From the NCBI RefSeq assembly GCF_030028105.1, contig NC_092383.1:87811921-87875920 (forward strand): 64,000 bases of DNA, read 5' to 3'. The notes under the pieces were generated by a model. It made no database searches and had not been told where the DNA came from. It saw only the letters and a list, made by a program, of their open reading frames with translations. The stretch is from Mobula birostris. Taxonomy: Eukaryota. The position numbers and the translations under genes were made by a program. Below, in pieces: positions 23,980 through 35,492 of this stretch. The stretch's first letter is position 1; each line of letters begins with the position of its first letter.

Positions 23980-23985
23980 AATAAA
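23980..23985 (+). terminator. Candidate polyadenylation signal of gene 1
   Basis: AATAAA about 130 nt after the predicted stop codon. Confidence 0.45.
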
Positions 23986-25484
23986 AATGACTGAACTTTG
24001 TAAACACTATTGACCAATCCTTTGTAATAATGCAACAACAACTTGCATTTCCGTGGCACCTGGAATATGGTAGACAAGTCCCGAGGTGCTCCATAGCAGT
24101 GTCGTCAGAATTTGCCACTGAATCACAAGACCTGTTATAAGCACACGACCTAGTGCTCAGTCAACGAGCTGGGATTAAATGAGCATCGTCAACAGGGACT
24201 GAGAGACTTCAGGTTTGAATCCAGAACTCAGAGCCTGGACTGATGAAGATATGACCACCAGAGAAAGAAGAATTAAGATCAGAGATGTTCTAGTCATCTA
24301 GCTCCAGGAAATATATCTACAGGAAAATCTGTAGATTTGGACTCTCAGGTTTATGATATGTTCCAGTTCTGGTCGTGGTTTTTTGCTACTGCTTTTGGGA
24401 CATTTTTGAATCAGGGTGGCCTGCAGATAATGGAACACTGAGCTAAACTGTACTGAAATATGCCTCTTGAATTTGTGTCTTTATATTCCCTGCTTTTGCT
24501 CGGTTTTTTTTGTTAGTGCCTGCGTGATTTTTATGCGCGTGAGGGAGGGGGCTTTGATTCTTTTTCAAAGGGTTGGTTCTGTAGTTTTGTTCTGTGATAG
24601 TCTGTGGGGAAGACGAATTTCAAGGCTGTGTACTGCATACATATATTGATAATAAATGTACTTTTGACCATTAATAAGATTGCAAGACAGAAGAGAAAAT
24701 TTACAAGGACGTTGCTGGGACTTGACAACCAGAGTTATGAGGAAACGTTGAACAGGTTCGGAATTTGTTCCCTGGACCATTTGAGATTAAGGGGAGATCT
24801 GAATGAGGTATACAAAATGATAAGTGTAAATACAAGCAGGCTCTTTCCACTGAGGTTGGGTGGGACAAGAACTAGAGGTCCTGATTAAGGGTGAAAGGTG
24901 AAATGTTTAAGAGAAAGATGAGGGGGAAGTTCTTCACTCAGAGGTTGGTTAGAGAGTGGAACAAGCTGCCAGCGGAAGAGATGGATGTTGGTTTTGTTTT
25001 CAACTTTTCTGAGATATTAGGATAGGTAAATGGTGGGAAGGGGTCGCAGCAGCAAAATAGTTCAGAATGGGTTTGTGCTGTAGTGCTCTATGACTCTACT
25101 CTCAAGAACACAGAGTCAATACCTTAGGGAGTCTGTTCTTGTTGCCAACAGCACAATATTGTAGGGAACACCATGTACTTGAATGGAAATTGGTCAATCG
25201 CACATGATGCTGATGCAGGTTTCCCATTTATCAAGCCTTTTGTGGCTGGGAATTCCCAGGACAGTGACAATTCTTGACACGGAGTGGCCAGTGACGTCAA
25301 CAGCAATTAATTCCAATTAATGGAAGAAGTTCTGGGGAGGCTAAAGCTTCAACAAAAAGGCAAGACACACCTGCCTTCTCCCCAATGCCTACTCACAGGC
25401 AGACATCTCAAAGATGACTGACCATGAGATCTGAACACAACGCTCCCCACGATCCCTCCCCTCCACAAATGTCTATAATTTAAA

Positions 25485-26098
25485 TGTACGGGGTCTTTTT
25501 TTTTCTTTGTATGTTAAATTTAAAATGGCTTCTTTGTTATGTTATACTGGGGAATGCTTCTCTGTTATGTTAAATGCTGAGAAAGTCTCTAGCTAGACAG
25601 TTGCTTGGGTTAATACAGACAGCAGGGTGCTATTAGCCAATGGGTGGTCATGTATCGTTTTGTTTCCGGGTGATAATGCTGTCTCATATGACTGGGGACG
25701 GGGTTTTTGGGGGGAGTCAGAGGAGAGACGGGGAGGACGGCGGACATGCGGAAAGGCTCCGGTCGATCACTTCGGGTGGTCTCGAGCCATGAGTCGACAG
25801 GATTCGGGTGGTCGTCAGGAATCAATTGAGCTCCAACGGTTGCGCACAAAGAACTTGGACTTTGATAAGTCTTGGCACCTTTTTTTTCATTACTTCCTTT
25901 TCTGTATCGAATTTATATTAATGTCATAGAATTAGTAATATCTATAAAGTGTACTTGGTAAAACGTACTGGGTGTGCTGGCTGATGATTGATGTTTGGGA
26001 TTGATTCGGGCGGCAACCGACTCGGTGGGAAGCGTTGAGGCAGGTGCTGGGTGGGATTTCCCCGAGACATATACAAACCAATATAACTGAGCGTTATA
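25485..26098. mobile_element. Probable solo LTR (614 bp)
   Basis: Starts TGT, ends GTTATA (degenerate ...TTACA), flanked by TAAA at 25481-25484 and 26099-26102 (4-bp TSD). No empty site in the window to confirm. Confidence 0.5.
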
Positions 26099-26434
26099 TA
26101 AATATGACTCAATTTTTTCCTAATCAGAGCCTCAATGCCCCTTGTCCACCTAATCCTGCCAGCTTTGCCCTTCACTCTAACTGGAATACATTGGCCCTGA
26201 ATTCTCCCTAATTCACTTTTAAAGTCCTCCCAATTGCCAGCCATCTCTCTACCTGTAGGCAGCCTCTCCCAATCAATATTTCCAAATTCCTATCTAATAC
26301 CATTTGGAATTAGCATTGCCCCGAATTAGGACTTCAACTATGGAGCAAACATATATTTTTCTATAACTATTTTAATGCTCATGGAAAAACAGTCACTGGT
26401 CCCAAATGCTCCCCCTGCTACAATTCAGTAACTT

Positions 26435-27060
26435 CTCCCACCACATTTCAATGTTCAAATTAAATTTTATTATCGAAGGACATGTATGTCACCAGATACA
26501 ACCCTGAGATTAATTTCTTTGTCGGCATACTCAATAAACCTCTGGAATAACATACAGATCACAATCAATGAAAGACCACCCTACCAGGGTGTTCAAACAG
26601 AGTGCTGAAGACAATAAACTGTGCAAATACAAAAAGATGAAATAATAAGAAATAAATATCAAGAACATGAGATGAAGTGTCCTTGAAAGTGAGTCCAATG
26701 GTTGGCGGAACATTGCAATGATGGGGCAATTGAAGTTGAGTGAAGTTATCCAATTTGATTCAAGAGCCTGATGGTTGAGGGCTAGTTACTGTTCTGTTCC
26801 TGAACCTGATGGTGTGATTTCTAAGGCTCCTGTACCTTCTTCCTGATGGCAGCAGCAAGATGAGATGGTCAGGGTCCCTGATGATAAATGCCGCTTTGCT
26901 GCGACAGAGGTTTATGTGGATGTGCTCAATGGTTGGGAAGGTTTTACTCATGAAGGATGAGGCCATATCGACTACCTTTTGTAGCATTTTCTGTTCAAGG
27001 GCATTGGTGTTGTTCAACTGTTGCCTCCTCTCCAGTAGGGCCATCTACGTATTTCCTGAG
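26435..27060 (-). mobile_element. Degenerate Rex1/Babar LINE 3' fragment
   Basis: LQKVVDMAS...LLPSGRRYRSL on the minus strand. Confidence 0.7.
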
Positions 27061-27789
27061 AAAACATTCCTGGACAATACACACAAAATGCTGGGGGAAA
27101 TCAGCAGTTCAGGCAGCATCTATGAAAATGAAGAAATAATCAACATTTTAGGCCAAGACCTGATGAAGGGTTTCAGCCTGAACATTGACTGCTTATTAAT
27201 TTCCTTGACGCTGCCTGACCTTCCATCATTTTGTGTGCATTCTAGTAAAAGCAACTCTTGTGCTACTGATTTCCTAGAAAATTCTGCCCCATGCTAGTCC
27301 TTAGCAGCGTGGCAGTCCCAGTCAATATTAGGAAATTTAACATTGTTTGTGCTCTTACAGCTACCTGTGATTGCCAACATATTTGCTCCTGTAATTCCTG
27401 CTGACTATTGAGGCTATGATAACATTTCTTCAAACTGATCATTCCCTTCTTATTTCTGAATTCCATCCACACTGCCTCACTGGATGATCCATCAGGAATA
27501 TCCGCTCCAAGTACTACTGTGATGTCCTTCTGAGTTAGAAACACAACTAGGGTCTCAGCCCAAAAAGTTGATTACTTTTTTCCATAGATGCTGCCTGGTC
27601 TGCTGAGTTCCTCCAGCATTTTGTGTGTGTGCAGTAAATGTCACAGGTAAGTTCTTTGCACAGAGATTGGTGGGTGCGTGGAATGCCTGCCAGGGATGGT
27701 TATAGAGGCAGATACATTAGGGACATTTAAGAAACTCTGAATATGGATGCTAGGAAAACAGAGGGCTATGTAGAGGGGAAGGATTAGAT

Positions 27790-28450
27790 TAATCTTCCTA
27801 GGTTAAAAGGTCATGAGCCAAAGGGCCTGCTCTATGTTTATATCAAAATCATCATCTCCTCTTTGTTCACAATCAACTCTGGTACACCACAAGAATACGT
27901 ACTTAACCCACTGCTCTACTCTCTCTTCACCCATGACTGTGCCGCTGGGCAGAGATCAAGTGCCATCTATAAACTTGCCAATGACACATACATTGTCGGT
28001 GAAATTTCAGACAGTGATGATGAGACATAGAGGAGCGAGATAGATCAACTGAATGTGTGTTGTCGAAACAACAATCTTGCACACAATGTCAGTAAGACCA
28101 AGGAATTGACTGTGGTCTTCAGGAAGGAAAAGTTGAAGAAACACACACCCGTCCTTATCAACGGATCAGCAGTGGAAAGAATGAACAGATTCAAGTTCCT
28201 GGGCGTCAACATCTCTGAAGCTCTACCCTGGGTCCAACACATTCATGCATTTACAAGGAAGGGATGATGGCAGCAATATATCATTAGGACTTGGAGGAGA
28301 CTTGTTAGGTTACCAAAGCGATTATTTGCATCACCATCTTGTATGGAGGGTTCATTATACAGGATCAGAAAAAAGCTGCAGGAAGTTGTAAATTCAGCCA
28401 TCTCCATCATGGCCCTCCCCAGCATTGAGGGCACCTTGAAAAAGTAATAC
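27790..28450 (+). mobile_element. Degenerate Rex1/Babar LINE RT fragment
   Basis: NVSKTKELTVVFRK, FKFLGVNISE motifs. Confidence 0.75.
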
Positions 28451-30235
28451 CTCAAAAATGACGCTGGAGATATTGTAATGAGAGATGCAGAGATGGCAGA
28501 GGAATTGAATGTGTATTTTGCATCAGTCTTCACAGTGGAAGACACCTGCAGTATACTGGACATTCATGAGTGTCAGGGAAGTGAAGTTTGTGCGGTGAAA
28601 ATTACGACTGAGAAGGTGCTCAGGAAACTTTATGGTCTGAGAGTGGGTAAATCTCCTCAACCTGATGGAATGCACCCTCGGGTTCTGAAGGAAGTAGCTG
28701 GAGAGATTGGGGAGGCATTAACAATGATCTTCCAAGAATCGATAGATTCTGGCATTGTACCGGATGACTGGGAAATTGCAAATGTTACTCTGCTATTTAA
28801 GAAGGGTGAGAGGCAGCAGAAAGGAAACTACAGAGCTGTTAGCCTGACACCAGTAGTTAGAAAGTTGTTGAATCAATTGTTAGGGATGAGATTACTGTGT
28901 ACCTGGAGACACATGACAAGATAGGCCAAAGCCAGCATGGCTCCCTGAAAGGAAAATCCTTCCTGACAAGCCTACTGCAATTCTTTAAGGAAATTACAAG
29001 CAGATTAGACAAAGGAGATGCAGTAGACATGGAAAATCTTTGATTTTCAGAAGGCCTTTGACAAGGTGCCACTCATGAGGCTGCTTAGCAAGATGAGAGC
29101 CCATGGAATTACAAGGGAGTTACTAGCATGGGTGGAGCATTGGCTGGTCAGCAGAAAACAGAGAGTGGGATTAAAGGGACCCTATTCTAGCTGGCTGCCG
29201 ATTGCCTGTGGTTCCACGGGGGTCGGTGTTGGGACCGCTGCTTTTTACAATGTATGTCAATGATTTGGACTACGGTGTTAATGGATTGGTGAGTAACTTT
29301 GCCGATGATACAAAGATAGGAGGAGGAGCAGGTAGTGTTGAGGAAACAGAGAGCCTGCAGAGAGATTTAGATAGTTTAGGGGAATGGGCAAAGAAGTGGC
29401 AAATGAAATACAATGTTGGAAAGTGTATGGTCATGCACTTTGGTGGAAGAAATAAATGGGCAGACTATTATTTAGATAAGAGAAAATTCAAAATGCAGAG
29501 ATGCAAATGGACTTGGGAGTCCTTGTGCAAGATACCCTAAAGGTTAACCTCCAGGTTGAGTTGGTTGTGAAGAAGGCAAATGCAATGTGGGCATTCATTT
29601 CTAGAGGTATAGAATATAAGAGCAGGGATATGATGTTGAGGCTTTATAAGGCACTCGTGAGACCACACTTACAGTATTGTGTGCAATTTTGGGCTCCTTA
29701 TTTTAGAAAGGATATACTGACATTGGAGAGGGTTCAGAGAAGATTCACGAGAATGATTCCAGGAATGAAAGGGTTACCATATGACGAATGTCTGTCAGCT
29801 CTTGGGCTGTATTCCCTGGAGTTCAGGAGAATTGGGGGGGGGGGGGCGGTTCTCAGAAACATTCAGATTGTTGAAAAGCTTGAACAGATTAGATATGGCA
29901 AAATTATTTCCCACGGTAGGGGATTCTAGGACAAGTGGGCACAACTTCAGGATTGAAAGGCATCCATTTAGAACAGATATGCAGAGAAATTACTTTAGTC
30001 AGAGGGTGGTAAATCTGTGGAATGTGTTGCGACGGGAGGCTGTGGAGGTCAAGTCATTGGATATGTTTAAGGCAGAGATAGATAGGTTCTTGATTAGCCA
30101 GGACATCAACTGGTATGGGCTGAAAGCAGGGGACTGGGGATGACTGTAAAAACTGGATAAGCCCATGATTGAATGGTGGAGCAGACTCGATGTGCCGAAT
30201 GGTCTACTTCTGCTCCTATACCTTATGGTCTTTTG
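28451..30235 (+). mobile_element. 5'-truncated CR1 LINE (RT), frameshifted
   Basis: ORFs 28478-28924, 29202-29540, 29501-29929, 29781-30143: PDGMHPRVLKE, GSVLGPLLF, FADDTKIGG, LVRPHLQYCVQFWAP. Confidence 0.92.
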
Positions 30236-30639
30236 GTCTAAAAAGTGTATGGAATGGGGGCTCCCGGCGACGCTGGTGGAGGTGGATTATGATGGGGGCT
30301 TTTAAGAGACTCCTGGACAGATATATGGAGCTCAGAAAAATAGAGGGCTGTGGGTAACCCTAGGTAATTTCTCAGGTAACCTGTTCAGCACAGCTTTGTG
30401 GGCCGAAGGGCCTGTATTGTGCTGTAGGTTTTCTATATTTCTATGTTTCTTTGTTTATCTATCAATAAAGACTCCATCACCCAGGACATGCACTCTTTTC
30501 ATTTCTATCATCAAGGAGAAGATACAGAAGCCTGTAGACACACTCACTCAACGTTGCAGGAACGTTGCTGGGTAGCCTTGGGATTTACAATATGAACACT
30601 AAGAAGACACCAGCAAATACGGCTTACACTAGAAAATTG

Positions 30640-32090
30640 AAAATGGAAAATTAAATAAAATAGATTTGGCACTGGCTTGCCTGTTTCAATCACTCCACAA
30701 AATGTGTTTGAATGGCATTTCAAAGATACTGAAATGATGCCTGCAGATATCCAACAAAGAACTTGCGCTGGAGAAAAGATAGCTCCTGTGGGAGTGATAT
30801 TCATAACAGTGAAATACAACAGAAATGGAAGACCCTTGTGGAGGCCCCATGTGTCAGTACAACAACCAGCAAGCCACATTGGGCTTGTATTTGGTTAAGA
30901 ACAGGAAGGCCAGTATTGCGGGACCTGATTGGCTGAGACATACAGAACTTGATTGGAGATCCATCAACCATTTGCATGCCACATCTCCGCAATATAGTCA
31001 ACTGAAAACAAATGAAGAAAGATACCAAATGATGCCGTAGCAGTGGTCAAGGTTGGCACTGGAAAAATCAAACATATCAAGGGTACAATATTGTGAAATG
31101 AACATGCCACACCCCAATTTTACAAAGTCCATTTAGTTCATTATATTCTATGATAAAGAAGCCAGTGAGCTAGATTGCATGGAGGCTGAAGGAATTTTCA
31201 CAAGGTTGAGTGGAGCACACGGACATTATCAGTGGTCCAAGTAGCCAAGAAGGATGAGTCTGTCAGGATCTGTGGTGATTTTCAGGTCCCATCAACCCAG
31301 TACTGAAGTAGACCAATACCTTTTGCCCAGGATAGAGGATATCTTTGCAAACCTTTCCGGAGGAAACGGTTTGGCATTGTGGACTCAGCTGTGGTTCCCT
31401 ACAGTAGGAGATGAAGAGGACTCCAAAGTGTTCCTCACCATAAACGCTCACAAAGGTCTTTATTGCAATCACGGACTTGTTTTTAAAGTAGCATCTCCAC
31501 GTGCAGTGTTACCTGAGTGACATCATTGTTACCAAGGATAACACGGAACATCTTTAAAATTCCAAAACAAGTGTTAAAATAGCTATGGGCTTACAGCACT
31601 ATATGGCAAGTGTGATTTCTTTAAATCAAACATTACTTACTGTGGTCACAGTACTGATGCACAAAGATTACACAAGTGTACCAAGAAAAGTCAAGCAGTG
31701 GTGGATACCCCAGGCCAAAGGACCTGTCAGAGCTGTGGTCCTTTTCAGGATTTTTCAGTTACTATGACATGTTCCTGCCAAACCTGGCTGCCCTGATGGT
31801 TTGAACTCATTACTACAGATTGGGAAGAAATGGCAATGGACAAAGCAGTGTGAGGTAGCTTTCCAAAAGGCAAAGGAAATGGTGAAGTTAGACACTGCTC
31901 ACACATTATAATCCACATTATCCAGTGAAACTTGCTTGAAATGCCTGGCCTTATGGTGGATGTGTAGTCTTGTCACATTAAGTAAACGCCCCATAGCCCT
32001 TGCATCATATTTCCTAACTGATGCAGAAAAAAACGCGCACAGATCGACAGAGAGATCTTGAGCGTGGTTTCAGATGTAAAATGATTCTTT
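30640..32090 (+). mobile_element. Degenerate Ty3/Gypsy pol fragment (protease, RT, RNase H)
   Basis: GPDWLR, DQYLLPRIEDIFANLSGG, TINAHKGLY motifs; many stops and frameshifts. Confidence 0.8.
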
Positions 32091-32471
32091 CCTGTAATAT
32101 CCATGGACTCTTATCTTGTTTAGCAGCTTTATGTGTGGCTTTCTGAAGTAACAGCATCCACTGATTCTCCTTTATCTACCCTGCCTGTTACTTCCTCAAA
32201 TAATTCAGACAGACTTATCTGGCAAGATTTCCTCTTAAGGAAATCATGCAGAATCTGCCTATTTTTTTCTTCCAGTTTCTTATCTGCCACACTACTGCTC
32301 CCACATCACTATCCCACCCACACTCCCCACCCCCCGGCACCCACCATACACGACTACATTAAACTGAGTAGTAAGTCGCAAAATTAAGCATCTGAGCCAG
32401 TCTTGGAAGTGTGTGGGTCTTCGTAAGAGGAGCTTCTTGGAAGTGTGTGGGTCTTGGTAAGAGGAGCTTGT

Positions 32472-32503
<32 letters not shown>

Positions 32504-32770
32504 CGCCCTTAACTCCTGGTGGTCGTCGGTTCACAGTCACGACAAGCTTTCGCACCGATTTTTTTGCGGATCGCTCATTGTACGGCGTGTCTTCAGCATA
32601 TGAAACCTGGCGGAGACAATCCCTCTCCAAGTCTTTTTTTAACGAGGTCGAGTTGCTAGCTTGACACTCAACCCAGGCACGGATGGAGAGCGTGCAAGGT
32701 AGCCGGCCGGATTCGAACTCGGGACCTCTCACCCCGAAGTCCAGCGTAGATGCCACTACAACCAGCCGGC
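32472..32770 (-). mobile_element. tRNA-derived SINE with (CA)n tail
   Basis: Minus strand begins gccggctggttgtagtgg (A box)...gagttcgaatcc (B box), ~200-nt body, ends in (AC)n at 32472-32500. Confidence 0.75.
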
Positions 32771-32873
32771 ATTTGTTATAATACTCTCCTGATTGGTGCA
32801 TTGTCCATGCTGGATCAGCTGACAGTGACAGGGAATCAATTTCACTCAGCACATTTGGGTTAAAACTGAGAGA

Positions 32874-33065
32874 GGAACTGGTTTCTTTGACTACTGCCTG
32901 AAAAAGGAAGTGACTAACTCAAACAGAACTCAGACACCCAACCCACTCGACACAGCTGGAACAGGGGGTGGTGCAGGGTGAATCTACCCACCAGAAAAGG
33001 CAGAGAACTACAGGAACAATTCCTGTGTAGGTTCTTACCTCTGTTGACATTTCATCAGATAAATA
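32874..33065 (+). pseudogene. Decayed copy of the receptor promoter and leader exon
   Basis: Colinear with 34121-34312 (aggaact.gtttctttga...aaggaagtgac...gcagggtgaa...caccagaaa...tctgttg...atcag.taaat). It lacks the ATG, and the donor reads ATAAAT instead of GTAAAT. Confidence 0.7.
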
Positions 33066-33689
33066 GTTTTTTTAATGTCCTTTGTGATTAATAACATGTA
33101 ACTTCAAGAGTTCTTTATCAGCTTAGTGGATTCAAGTCTAAACCTCAATGTTGCTCCCTTCACTGGGTGTTAAAGGAAAGAGAAACCGTTCACAGCTTTG
33201 CAAATTCCTGATACTGCAGTATCTTCCTTCCATCACTGATGTAGGAACAGAACATTAGCAGCAAAGCAAGTTTATGAAACAGCAAACTCCCACGAACAGC
33301 AATGAGATGATGACAACGCAGCCTACCTTCTTTCCATTGCTTAAAGGGATTGTTTTTTTTTTGCCCAAGAACATGGAATTTCTTCTCTTTTCTGCAAGAA
33401 GTATTGTTGGATGAATCTCCTCATGGACTTGACAAATCACACAGTGGTCAGGCTGAAAGTCTCAATGATGCGGCAGACCTTAATCTGGAATGGAAATAAG
33501 AGTCGGATATTACAGTGAACAGTAAGGCCCTGGGTAGGGTTATAGAACTCAGGGGCTGAGGAGTACAAGAGCTTGGTTTCTTGAGAGTAACATCACAAAT
33601 AGACTGTGTGGTGAGAAAGGCTCTTGGTACACTGCCCTTCCTCACCCCAGTCAGGGAGGAGGGAGGGGGATCGTCAACTCAGACTATGA

Positions 33690-33872
33690 GAGGCCTGTGT
33701 CGGGCATTTTCATGCCTTACAAGGCACAGATTGAAAGTCTGTGTGGGGCGCCACTCCTCGCACAGACATTTGAGCAATGTGTGATTAAGTGCCTTGCTCA
33801 AGGACACAAACACATTGCCACAGCTGAGGCTCAAACCAGCAACCTTGAGACGAACGCCTTAACCACTTGGCC
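33690..33872 (-). mobile_element. tRNA-derived SINE with CORE-like segment
   Basis: Minus strand ggccaagtggttaagg...ggtttgagcc head followed by gtgtccttgagcaaggcacttaa, resembling the CORE motif. Confidence 0.55.
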
Positions 33873-34064
33873 ATGGAATGATTATCGATTTACAGAGAGA
33901 GGTTGAGCTGACTGGGGCTTCTCTTACTGGATGGTAGTTGAATAAGGAAGATTTTACAGAGGTATATACAACCGAGATTTGTAGGTAGGATGAATGCAGT
34001 TGGGATTGAGGAACTAGAGGATGAAAGAGCAGAGATGTAATCGGCATTGACTTTGGGGGAGTCA

Positions 34065-34158
34065 GGAAGTGAGTCACCAAACAGTTCGTACACCACAGCT
34101 GATGTGTTTTATTTCAAAACAGGAACTAGTTTCTTTGAGATATCTGAATAAGGAAGTG
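34065..34158 (+). promoter_or_regulatory. Candidate proximal promoter of gene 2: overlapping ETS/AP-1 motif plus second ETS (PU.1-type) motif
   Basis: GGAAGTGAGTCA at 34065-34076 (GGAAGT overlapping TGAGTCA) and GGAAGTG at 34152-34158, 50-145 nt upstream of the ATG. The second site is conserved in the decayed copy (32906-32912). Motif match only. Confidence 0.4.
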
Positions 34159-34209
34159 ACCAAGTCAAGACACAGTACAGGGAGCTGATCAGATTGACAC
34201 TGCTGAAAT

Positions 34210-34306
34210 ATGGAGTTGCTGCAGGGTGAAGTCACTCACCAGAAACGGCCCAGGATTGTGGAATCTATCGCTTTCTTGTTTCTCATCTCTGTTGGTTTCA
34301 TATCAG
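34210..34306 (+). CDS. Gene 2, leader (signal peptide) exon
   Basis: ATG in strong context (A at -3, G at +4); MELLQGEVTHQKRPRIVESIAFLFLISVGFIS(G) ends in a hydrophobic h-region. Phase-1 donor GTAAAT at 34307 matches the phase-1 acceptor of the V exon at 42824, giving ...ISGSTA/LTEP. Confidence 0.7.
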
Positions 34307-35492
34307 GTAAATCATTATTTTATAAAATAATCTGATCAGTTGAATTATTAACAAGTGGCCTAAAGTGTTTTTGTCAAAGCAACTGATGAATAACAGGAAA
34401 TTCTGATGTCGTTCCCTCGCTCGGTGGTTCATCTAATGGTAAATCACTTAGTCTGCAGGATCCTGCAGTAACCTCCATCAGTGTCTGTGTGGTGTTCTGT
34501 GTAGCCAATGTGTACACAGCAAGTTCTCCTGAATAGCAAAGAGATAACTGCCCTCTGCCCTGCTTTTTGCCCTTGGTGGTGGGGATAATTCTCATCCTGA
34601 ACAAGGAGGGTCCTCTAAGAGTGCCAAGCTCCCTCAGATGTACACTCCGTCAGTGCTCAGGCTCCTGGAGCGCGAGAGGAACCGGAAACTCTCTGACTCA
34701 GTGGCCAGAACATCACCCATTGAGCTTTACCCAGAACACACCGCTGGCACTGGGTGGGGTACAGCCAGCCTGGGAAAGCCACAGTGGACTGCTCGCGAAG
34801 TGGTGGATGCAGGTTCCATTTCAATATTCAAGAGAAATTTGGATAAGTACATAGATGGGACGAGCATTGAGGACTACAGTGTGGGTGAATGTTGATGGGT
34901 CTAGGCAGATTAATAGTTCATCATAAACTAGATGGGCTGAAGGGCTTGTTTCCATACTGTAGTGTTCAATGACTCTATGCCTCTATGACACTCTCTATAC
35001 ACTGCATGGGAAAACGTTGAATTATAGGACACTCTAATAAAAATGTGTGCAACCCAACCTTTGGAAACAGATGTTCTTCTGAAATCAGGAAGCACCACAA
35101 GCTCTTCTTAGTTTCACATTTGCAGAATTTGCCCCAATGTCTCCCTTCTGTTAAAAATCATCTGTTCACCACAATAAATCGCAACACAGCGGGCCCTAGT
35201 AGCTTGAGCACGTCTGCACAGTGGGCTTTACCCAGTCTCTGAAGATCAGGTTACTGAATTCCTCGATGGTAACCGGTGATTGATCTGATCACACATCTCC
35301 ACACCGGCTCCTTACACTACACAATGGGGAGTGTGGTGTCCACTGCCCTCATTACCAGTGACTGGAAAGAGAATTGAATGATGTTATGTTTCAGAGACTG
35401 GATGACGTGCAGTGTGAAGATGTTCCCGAGCTGCCAGTATCCATGGCAGACAGTTTATTTCATGTGAGTGGCTACTTTAACTGTAATAGACC

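Noticed and set aside
32700-32770. tRNA-like sequence on the minus strand
   Set aside because: Continues into a non-tRNA body and (CA)n tail, so it is a SINE head rather than a tRNA gene.
34399-34535. Phase-1 open stretch just after the leader donor (GNSDVVPSLGG...SSPE-stop)
   Set aside because: Acceptor lacks a pyrimidine tract and the peptide has no recognisable similarity.
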